DNA of 64,000 nt from an uncultured archaeon (GTDB lineage: Archaea > Thermoproteota > Nitrososphaeria > Nitrososphaerales > Gagatemarchaeaceae), in NCBI GenBank assembly GCA_963817525.1, contig CAWFOU010000007.1, positions 1,120,001 to 1,184,000 of the forward strand. Direction: 5' to 3'. A program made the translations under genes and the position numbers. This document shows positions 37,452-45,161 of this stretch, in pieces. The stretch's first letter is position 1; the number at the start of each line of letters is the position of its first letter. Below the pieces are notes generated by a model. The model did not search any database. It worked only from the letters and a program-made list of their open reading frames with translations, and was not told the DNA's origin.

Positions 37452-39923
37452 ATGCGGGTCCAGCTATTTATCGATAGACCTCGCGGATTCGCCAGCGAGA
37501 ATCCCTTTATAGCGAAAGCAACTCGAATAGACAGTCGCTTGTTAGAAATCAGCGGGAGAGTCCGGGACTCTACCCACAAACCCCTGCCTGAGGGAATCAC
37601 GCTGGAAGCGTTCGAGGAGTCCGTTCTTGGGCGCAGGTTCGACAGGCATCTTGGACAAGCTGCCTCGTTCGACAGCGATGGCAGGTTCGTCATCAAAGTC
37701 GAGGTTAGCATCGGAATCAATGCGCGAAAGATCTACCTCGTGATATCCGACCATCGAAACAGGCTCGTCTCGGTCAAGGAGGGACAGAACGAATTCGCGC
37801 CAACAGCTGATCCACACGGTAACAAGACGTGGAGGAGCGCCGTCGTCGAAAACGTGGCGGACGTAGGCATTACTATCTCGCTTCAGAACCGGCCCGCTCC
37901 GAACGACCAGTACGAAGCCGTCGTCATTGGATCAGGATTCGGCGGAACCATCGTAGCGCTGACCCTTGCAAACAAATACGCCGCCGAGGCCTCTCCCTCG
38001 AAGACCGACAGAGTCTGCGTCCTCGAAAGGGGGCAGTGGTGGGTGAGCGGAGAGATACCGGCGACGTCAACGGGAACGACGGACGGCGAGCCGACGATCC
38101 GCGAATATCTGGAAACGCACAACGTCCCATACGGCTTGTGGGCTACCCCTGACGATTTCACTGGCCTTCTCCGCCTTGTCGGCAGCAGCAGGGCCATCAA
38201 TCCTGTAAAGGGCGTATATGATTACAGGACGATGAAGAACGTGAGCACCATCAGCGCGAGCGGAGTGGGAGGGGGCTCGCTGATCTACTTTAATCTCACG
38301 ACGAGACCCGACCATGCGACCTACGAGCGCTGGGCCATCCAGCAGGACAACGATCGACCCCTGGACACAAAGTACTCCTTCGGGGAAGTCTACGGCGAAG
38401 AGGCCGCGAGAGATTACTTCGGGGACCTCTCCTCGTCGAACGACAAGACTCTCGACTACTTCGATATAGCGGAGAACTTCCTCGGAGTGAACAAGATCAC
38501 GACCACCACGGCTCTCGGGAGATTCAAGCTCGGCAAGTCAGCGGTCTTCCAGCAGGCTGCGACCGACATCGACATCTCGGCCGGGGACTTGATGAACCCC
38601 GGAGACCTCGACGCGGACCTTTCGATCACGGACGTCTCCTACGGGACGTTCGGGGGGCGCAACCCGACCAAGGCGCAAGTAGCGCGCCTCTCCTGGCAGA
38701 CAAACGTCTGCGAGCGCCAGGGAAGGTGCGGCCTCGGCTGCATCCCCGAAGCGAGGCACACGATGAGCCAGCGCCTCTTCGAGGCCATCAGTGACGGCAA
38801 GCCCATCGACGTCTTCCCCCTTTGCCAGGTCGAATCCATCGAGAAGGATGACTCCGGCTCAGGATACAGATACAACGTCTTTCTAACCGACTTTCGAGAC
38901 GACCCTAAGGGCGTTCAGAGAAGGATACAGGCGAACACCGTTGTCCTTGCGGCCGGGACGCTCGGGTCGACGGAGATCATTCTCCGGTCAAAGGGTCTGC
39001 GGAGCAGCGGCGCGGTCGGGAAACGGTTCTCGACGAACGGGGACACCTTCGGAATAGTCAGCCCCACCAAGGACGCCATAAGCCCTTGGCAGGGGCCTTT
39101 GCTGACCTCAATCGCCAGGTACAAAGACAAGCGGACAGGCTCGCACGAGTTCTCGCTCGAAGACCTAGGGATTCCCAAGATGTTCGGGGAGGTCCTTCCT
39201 CCGCTCCTTGCGGTGATGGGGTTGCAGGAGAGGGCTGACTCCGTCGTCCCGAAGACGAATTTGGGCGACCTGTTCAAGCGACACGTGTTGGACAAGATGC
39301 CCGCTGACCCGCGGGAGAGGAACCAACTTCTCCAGACAGCGGGGGGGCTCGGCGTGCATTCTTCCAGCGTCCTTACGAAAGCGGTCGGCAAGGTCAAGGA
39401 CGCGATGGGCGAACTGAAGGTTGGCGCCGAAGAAATAGTGGCGAGTCCGGAGGAGCGGCTCCAGAACGTGTTGGTGCTCTTCGGCATGGGAAGAGACGAA
39501 CCCAAGGGGCGCCTAGTCACGGACGGCGGGGGGGCCCTTACCCTGGACGAGCCCTACGACCTAGAGCAGGGGGTCTACGGGGACATCGTCGACCGCATGA
39601 GGCTATTCGCGAAGGAGATCGGAAGGGATGGTGAACGCGACCTGACGATGCCTTTCTGGGACGAGCACACGAAGCTCGGACTTACGGCCCATCCCCTCGG
39701 GGGCTGCTCGATGGGGAAAGACGCCTCCGAGGGTGTCGTCGACGGACTGGGAAGGGTCTACGCGACGGAGTCGGGGAGGTCGTTCCACGACGGTCTCTAC
39801 GTAGCCGACGGGTCGATAATCCCTACCTCCCTCGGGGTCAACCCATCCCTGACGATCTGCGCGTTGGCTCTCAGGATCGCGGAAGAGATCGCCGGCGACA
39901 GGAGGTTCTGGCCCCTGCATTAG
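37452..39923 (+). CDS. cholesterol-oxidase-like GMC oxidoreductase with N-terminal extension
   Basis: VIGSGFGG, VLERG, GVGGGSLIY, C..QGRC.LGC, AAGTLGSTEI, FSTNGD, TAHPLGGC, DGSIIP..LGVNPSLTI. Confidence 0.88.
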   Translation: MRVQLFIDRPRGFASENPFIAKATRIDSRLLEISGRVRDSTHKPLPEGITLEAFEESVLGRRFDRHLGQAASFDSDGRFVIKVEVSIGINARKIYLVISDHRNRLVSVKEGQNEFAPTADPHGNKTWRSAVVENVADVGITISLQNRPAPNDQYEAVVIGSGFGGTIVALTLANKYAAEASPSKTDRVCVLERGQWWVSGEIPATSTGTTDGEPTIREYLETHNVPYGLWATPDDFTGLLRLVGSSRAINPVKGVYDYRTMKNVSTISASGVGGGSLIYFNLTTRPDHATYERWAIQQDNDRPLDTKYSFGEVYGEEAARDYFGDLSSSNDKTLDYFDIAENFLGVNKITTTTALGRFKLGKSAVFQQAATDIDISAGDLMNPGDLDADLSITDVSYGTFGGRNPTKAQVARLSWQTNVCERQGRCGLGCIPEARHTMSQRLFEAISDGKPIDVFPLCQVESIEKDDSGSGYRYNVFLTDFRDDPKGVQRRIQANTVVLAAGTLGSTEIILRSKGLRSSGAVGKRFSTNGDTFGIVSPTKDAISPWQGPLLTSIARYKDKRTGSHEFSLEDLGIPKMFGEVLPPLLAVMGLQERADSVVPKTNLGDLFKRHVLDKMPADPRERNQLLQTAGGLGVHSSSVLTKAVGKVKDAMGELKVGAEEIVASPEERLQNVLVLFGMGRDEPKGRLVTDGGGALTLDEPYDLEQGVYGDIVDRMRLFAKEIGRDGERDLTMPFWDEHTKLGLTAHPLGGCSMGKDASEGVVDGLGRVYATESGRSFHDGLYVADGSIIPTSLGVNPSLTICALALRIAEEIAGDRRFWPLH

Positions 39924-39985
39924 AGCACCGTGCGACGAGCCGTTAAATACCCAGACCACAGCTATTGGCGCGTAGTCTTATCGCT

Positions 39986-40405
39986 TTGAGCTTCTGGGTC
40001 GATCCTCCTGGCCTCGTCATGATCGGCGCCATCATATGGATAATCTCCAACAAGCTCGAGACCCCAAAGTCCATAGTGTATGCCATTTCCGCGGGTACGA
40101 TAGCGAGCTTCACCATCGGTGGAATCGGCCTGTACCTGAACTGGTACCCCTGGGTCGTACCCGGCATCATCAACCTAAAGGGCTCCTATGTCATGCTCGA
40201 CCAAGGGCTAACTGGTCTCACGGAGGCAACCTTCCCGACCTGGATTGCGGTCCTCTTCCTCTGCCTCTACCCGTTCTGGTTCGCCGTCGGCTTCGAGCAC
40301 GCGAAGAAGCACCAGCTAGATACGAAGTGGGTCCCAATCCTAATTGTGGGCGTGCTGTTGCTTCTTATCCCCTCGATAATCGAGTCGCAGTTCCTAGCGC
40401 ACTAG
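39986..40405 (+). CDS. membrane protein, paralogue of the N-terminal domain of 32716-33555
   Basis: Shared DP..L..IG, LYLN..PW, ML..GL.GLT, YP.WF..G.E. Confidence 0.75.
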   Translation: MSFWVDPPGLVMIGAIIWIISNKLETPKSIVYAISAGTIASFTIGGIGLYLNWYPWVVPGIINLKGSYVMLDQGLTGLTEATFPTWIAVLFLCLYPFWFAVGFEHAKKHQLDTKWVPILIVGVLLLLIPSIIESQFLAH

Positions 40406-40558
40406 GCCGAGGTCACGCTGCGTTTAGCAAATCCTCGGCGGAAATCTCTGCAGAATATAGAAAACACACAAGGAAGAATCCCAAGTTTATATGCAGTGTC
40501 TCGTAATACTACTGCGTTGGACGAGAAGAGGCCTAAGGAGTCAGGTCACGGCACGGCA

Positions 40559-40936
40559 ATGAGGAAGTATCTGCTTACTTGGACCCTCGTTTTGGAGCGC
40601 GCGGAGCTGGAGCAGATGTCGGCGCACCCCGAGTCCCTGGAGCACGCGCTCAACTATGTGAAGAGCATGATGAGCGGCATGATAAAGGGCCACAGTCTTC
40701 AGATCTACAGGATCGTGTCGATGGAGGAAGTGACGCGCTCCACGCGGCATATCCCCACATCCGCCCGCCCCACGGGAATCGCCATCGTGGAGGCCCACTC
40801 GGCCGAGGAGGTAAGGGCGATGCTGGACAGCTCGGTGAACGGCCTTAGCTATGGTGGCATGACCGTCCCCGTTCGGAGCTATCTTGAATACGACATCAAG
40901 CCCTTGGCAGACCTCGGACTGGGAGGAGGGGAGTAG
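40559..40936 (+). CDS. hypothetical protein, possible muconolactone-isomerase/DUF3303-like alpha-beta fold
   Basis: GIAIVEAHSAEEV and YDIKPL patterns; 3' end carries GGAGG for next gene. Confidence 0.6.
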   Translation: MRKYLLTWTLVLERAELEQMSAHPESLEHALNYVKSMMSGMIKGHSLQIYRIVSMEEVTRSTRHIPTSARPTGIAIVEAHSAEEVRAMLDSSVNGLSYGGMTVPVRSYLEYDIKPLADLGLGGGE

Positions 40937-40938
40937 CC

Positions 40939-41880
40939 ATGTCGGCCGTCACAATCAGCGGGGTCGTGGTCTACAGCGAAGTCATCCTCCAAGCCAGCAC
41001 ATTGACGTTCAACAGCGGGAGCACGCTCCTCTTGGCGCCGTCGCAGGACAAAGGCGGCGGGCCCCCCACCACGCTCACGATAATCGCCAACGAAATCGAC
41101 ATCAACGGCCCCGCGACAATAATCTACAGCTTCGACGGGGCTCCGGGGCCGGCCTACGACCCTGGGACTCCCAAACCGCCCCAGACGGGAACGGCGGCCA
41201 GCGGCGGCCCCGGCTCCTCGTCCTCCGGGACGGGCCCCTTCCCGCAAGCCGCGAACGGCGGGGACGGTGGACCGGGGAGGACGGGTGCCAAGGGAAACGC
41301 TGGCGTGGACGCTCCCGAGATCCAGATATTCGTAGGGTTGGTGAAGCAGGCGCCCTTGGCCAAGCTCACGATCAACGTTAAGGGGCAGGACGGCGGAAGA
41401 GGAGGCAACGGGGGAAACGGGGGGCCCGGTGGCAACGGCCAGGAAGGTTCGCCCTCCACGACGAGCTCCTCCTGGTATGACAACAGCCAGTGTACCCAGG
41501 GGGCAGGCATGGGAGGGTACGGCGGCGCGGGAGGGGAAGCCGGATTTCCCGGAAAGGGAGGGGCAGGAGGCAACGGCGGCATTGTCAACGTCTTCACCCT
41601 CGCGGCATCGCTTCCTCTGGTCCAGGCTTGGACCTACATAGTGGCCCCCGGCAAGGGAGGCGCCCCGGGAAATCCCGGCCAGCCCGGGAACGGGGGGGCT
41701 GGAGGTCCTGCGGGGGCCGTCAACAGCCCATGTCCGCCGGTCCCCGGCTACGGAGGGTCGAACGGCCCTAACGGACTGTCGATGAACACGGTCGATTCAA
41801 ATTGGCCCACGGACTACGCCGGGCAGAACGGCCAGCCCGGGTACTCAGCGCAGTACCAGATTAAGCAGGTGCCCAGCTGA
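40939..41880 (+). CDS. glycine-rich (GxxGxx) protein A
   Basis: Short Gxx tracts alternating with beta-strand-like segments; SD-like GGAGG upstream. Confidence 0.85.
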   Translation: MSAVTISGVVVYSEVILQASTLTFNSGSTLLLAPSQDKGGGPPTTLTIIANEIDINGPATIIYSFDGAPGPAYDPGTPKPPQTGTAASGGPGSSSSGTGPFPQAANGGDGGPGRTGAKGNAGVDAPEIQIFVGLVKQAPLAKLTINVKGQDGGRGGNGGNGGPGGNGQEGSPSTTSSSWYDNSQCTQGAGMGGYGGAGGEAGFPGKGGAGGNGGIVNVFTLAASLPLVQAWTYIVAPGKGGAPGNPGQPGNGGAGGPAGAVNSPCPPVPGYGGSNGPNGLSMNTVDSNWPTDYAGQNGQPGYSAQYQIKQVPS

Positions 41881-41881
41881 A

Positions 41882-42892
41882 ATGATCAACACACCCCTGG
41901 TCAGCGTCACGGGGAACTATGACGTCACCGACGACATCATCATCTGCGACCTCCTACAGTTCGTCGGCGTCACGCCCCAGCTCGTGATACGCCCGATGCC
42001 GGGCGCCCAGCTGGGTGCCCGGCGCCTCCTGAAGATAGTCGCCAAGGTAATCGACACGACAGGGTCGACGGGCGCGACGATCACCTACAACATGGACAAC
42101 AACTTGGAATTGCCGCTGGGCAACATCCCCTCCTTCGCCGACCCGACGACCCAGGCAAAGACCGGAGCTGCCGGGTCGCCTAACTCCCCACAGATCCCCA
42201 TTATCGATAACGCATCGCCGAGCTGGCTGCCAGCTCCCCCGGGGCCCTTCCCAAAGGCCGCGGCCGGTGGCGACGGGTTTGCCGGGGGTAGGGGAGGCAC
42301 TGGGGTGCAGGGGATGGACGGTCCTACCGTAGAGATCTGGACTACGAACGTGATAGGGTCGGTGACGATCGACCTCAGAGGACAGCAGGGCGGCAACGGC
42401 GGAAACGGAGGCAACGGGCAGAACGGCGGAACAGGGCAGCCAGGGTCCGTTGCCGTCACGGGGACCGACACCACGTGGCTTGGCGTGCCTAACGCCACCT
42501 GCGCCCAGCAGCCAGGACTGCCCGGCGACGGAGGGCGCGGAGGAAACGCGGGCTGCGGCGGCGACGGCGGCGACGCGGGAAACGGAGGGTTCGTCAAGAT
42601 ATTCTACACAAGCGGCGTGAACCTGGCGGGGCTCCCCACGCTACTCCAGGGGGGCAAGGGCGGGGCTCCTGGGAACCCGGGCAAGCCTGGGACGGGAGGC
42701 AATGCGGGGCCGCTGGCGCTCAACATCCCCGTGGAGTGCGGGACCGCCCAGAACTCCCAGAACGGGGCCAACGGTGATTCGTGCGGGGGAGACAACGTGA
42801 CGGCGGGGGGTCTCGGCATCTCGCAGGTTGGAAGCCCCGGGACCGATGGAACCCTCACGACCTACCAGGTACAGGCCATCCCGCAGGACTAG
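41882..42892 (+). CDS. glycine-rich (GxxGxx) protein B, paralogue of A
   Basis: Shares GPFP.AA.GGDG, GQ.GG.GGNGGNG, GKGGAPGNPG.PG and C-terminal YQ(I/V)..(V/I)P with A. Confidence 0.85.
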   Translation: MINTPLVSVTGNYDVTDDIIICDLLQFVGVTPQLVIRPMPGAQLGARRLLKIVAKVIDTTGSTGATITYNMDNNLELPLGNIPSFADPTTQAKTGAAGSPNSPQIPIIDNASPSWLPAPPGPFPKAAAGGDGFAGGRGGTGVQGMDGPTVEIWTTNVIGSVTIDLRGQQGGNGGNGGNGQNGGTGQPGSVAVTGTDTTWLGVPNATCAQQPGLPGDGGRGGNAGCGGDGGDAGNGGFVKIFYTSGVNLAGLPTLLQGGKGGAPGNPGKPGTGGNAGPLALNIPVECGTAQNSQNGANGDSCGGDNVTAGGLGISQVGSPGTDGTLTTYQVQAIPQD

Positions 42893-42909
42893 CAAGTCCG
42901 TGAGCCGCT

Positions 42910-44061
42910 CTACGGGAGGCGACCGTCTCTCGACGGGGCGAGCCGGAGACCCTTCCGGCGTATCTGCCCGGTTATCAACTCCCTGATGCCCTTGGTCCCT
43001 TCGACGCACTTCTGGGCCTCCGTTTCGGCCAGCTCCCCGCCGAAGATGGTCTCGACGTCATCGAGTATCTGGGGACACGCGGCCTGGACGGACTCCTTGA
43101 ATGGCCTGAAAGGCACGTAGAACGAGGTCTCCCCCCCCTGCCTCGCCTCCTCGAGGACGACGGGGCACCGAGAGAGGGAGTATGCCCAGAACCTTAGGAA
43201 GAAGTTAGCGTTCGCGTGGTCCCCTGCTGCTATCAGGGCTCGCCCCACCGCCTCCCTGTACTCAAGCTCCAGCGGGGAGATGGAGTAGAGGTAGTGGCCG
43301 CGCGTCCTTTCGCGGAGGCCCTGGACTTGGCGGGGCGCCTCCATGGCGGTCACGGCGGCGTGCAGGTTCTCCAGCACCTTTAGCGAGGGTGAAGCGTCCG
43401 CTTCGAGGCGGAGGTTGGCCTTGACCATCTCCTCTAGCCCAATGCCCGTCTCGGCGGACATCCGCCTGACCTTCGCCATTGGCCGCGTCAAGAGGCTCAT
43501 GACGCTCTGTTCCAGGCAGTCGGCAAGGGCCGTCAGGTAATACGAGTGCGCCACTTGAAGAAAGAACACCGCCGCCGGGGGAAAATCGAGATTCCTCGTC
43601 GCCTCCTTTAGAGCGGCGTCGCCGAAATTGATTTGTCCGCTCAGCCTCTTCTCCCAGGCGCCCCTCTCGCGCATGCTCAGCCTGACGTTCTCGATCATCG
43701 CCCCTATCGCCTCCGACCGTGTGGAGATGGGGTCGGACTCCCAGAGCAGATGGGGGAGCGTCATGAAGCCGGCTGCCTCGACAGGGTCGAGCAGTGCCGA
43801 CGCCGGTATCCACAGGACATCGACAAACACCCGGCCCCAGGAGCCCTCGACGGTTGTCCTCTGGGGCAGCTCCTCCGGCCTCTCCCAGATGGCCACCAGG
43901 TCTACGTCTGCCACCTCGGGGCAGTCTCCGTCGATGAGGGGCTTTCTGCAGCGGACGGCCAGGGGGCTCGGCACCAGCACGCGAGAGGCCGTATCCGCGG
44001 CCTCCCACAGCCCTGCCTCGGAGTATCCATGGCTGCCCCGCACCGCTCGGCCCTCTGACAT
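42910..44061 (-). CDS. hypothetical protein, possible Pol-beta-type nucleotidyltransferase fold with helical C-terminus
   Basis: ADVDLVAI and VFVDVLW acidic motifs; ATG overlaps upstream stop (TGATG). Confidence 0.6.
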   Translation of the reverse strand: MSEGRAVRGSHGYSEAGLWEAADTASRVLVPSPLAVRCRKPLIDGDCPEVADVDLVAIWERPEELPQRTTVEGSWGRVFVDVLWIPASALLDPVEAAGFMTLPHLLWESDPISTRSEAIGAMIENVRLSMRERGAWEKRLSGQINFGDAALKEATRNLDFPPAAVFFLQVAHSYYLTALADCLEQSVMSLLTRPMAKVRRMSAETGIGLEEMVKANLRLEADASPSLKVLENLHAAVTAMEAPRQVQGLRERTRGHYLYSISPLELEYREAVGRALIAAGDHANANFFLRFWAYSLSRCPVVLEEARQGGETSFYVPFRPFKESVQAACPQILDDVETIFGGELAETEAQKCVEGTKGIRELITGQIRRKGLRLAPSRDGRLP

Positions 44062-45125
44062 CACATCTCGCCCTTCGAGATCCTCTCGTCGAGCTCCGAG
44101 AGTGCCGCGAGCGCCGTCGCCGTCGTGTAGAGCCGACGGTGGTCCCTGATGACCGCGTTTATTGCCTTCCCGTCTCGCGCCCAGAGCTGCTGCTTCCAGG
44201 GCTCCTTCGTCGACGGGTGGGGGATCCTCAGGATGTGATGAGAGTTCCAGCTCCCGTCGGCGAGCTGGTCGGTGAGGAGCCATTGCACTCCCTTCTTGAC
44301 GCTCTCCGAGAAATCCGCGCGGGGGTCCACTGCAAGACCTCTCAGGGCCAGGGCGGTCGAGAAGGGGATGCCTCCGGCCGTCTGGGAGTCGCTCCAGGCG
44401 CCGCTGTCGAGCTGGGTCTTCGCAATCCACTCCTGCGCGCTGCCGACGCGCCTCGCGTCGTCCGCATCTCCCCGGGCCTTCAGAAGCGCCATGCAATTGA
44501 CCGTCGAGTAGAGCCTCTCGCTCCACCAGTAGGGCTCCCAGTACCCTTCGGCGGTCTGGCCCCTCCTGACGTAGCCCAGGGCCTCGTCCACGCCCACCGT
44601 GGAGCCAGCACACAGGATGGCCCGGGCAGCCACCGGGGTGACACACATCTGGGAGGACGACCAACCCTCGAACGAGACGCTCGCGTCCAGCATCATGTAG
44701 CGCCCCACCTCGCTGGGCTTCGCGTATGTCCTGAACCCTCCGTCGACCGGGTTCTGGTGCGTCCTTAGGAAGCCCACCGCCCTCTCGCGGCTTTCGGCGC
44801 CCTGCGTCCCTAGCCTCGCGAGGAAGAGGAGGCACCAGGAGGTCGAGTCGGCGTCGGAGGGGACCCCTGGACCGTATCCCCAGCCTCCGTCATCCCCCTG
44901 GCGCTCGAGGATGCCCGAGCCGGCCCTCGCGAGAAGCCTCTTCTTGGCCTCGTCTCCCGACGCGGCGCCTCCGGCCAGGGCGCAGCCCACGTAGCCGGTG
45001 ACCCAGTACAAGCTCTCGCCGGCCAGGGTCAGGAAGTCCGACCAGAACCCGTCGGGGTTGACGCTCGCCTCGATGAAGCGCGTGGCTGCCTCGAGGGCGG
45101 GTCTCAGCCTCTCTGGTCGCTCCAA
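44061..45125 (-). CDS. single-domain prenyltransferase/squalene-cyclase-repeat protein (class II terpene cyclase-like)
   Basis: Six QW-like repeats (NPDGFW, QGDDGGW, QNPVDGGF, QTAEGYW, QLDSGAW, QLADGSW) and DADST acid motif. Confidence 0.82.
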   Translation of the reverse strand: MERPERLRPALEAATRFIEASVNPDGFWSDFLTLAGESLYWVTGYVGCALAGGAASGDEAKKRLLARAGSGILERQGDDGGWGYGPGVPSDADSTSWCLLFLARLGTQGAESRERAVGFLRTHQNPVDGGFRTYAKPSEVGRYMMLDASVSFEGWSSSQMCVTPVAARAILCAGSTVGVDEALGYVRRGQTAEGYWEPYWWSERLYSTVNCMALLKARGDADDARRVGSAQEWIAKTQLDSGAWSDSQTAGGIPFSTALALRGLAVDPRADFSESVKKGVQWLLTDQLADGSWNSHHILRIPHPSTKEPWKQQLWARDGKAINAVIRDHRRLYTTATALAALSELDERISKGEM

Positions 45126-45161
45126 CCTACCGCCTCTGCCCTTACCCCGGTCACGAGCGGT

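Noticed and set aside
40939-42892. Collagen or PE-PGRS assignment for the Gly-rich proteins
   Set aside because: Gxx runs are too short and interrupted for a triple helix, and no PE domain is present
44062-44835. Apparent 641-aa ORF 42910..44835
   Set aside because: The 5' part is an alternative frame of the cyclase-like gene; the real start is ATG 44061
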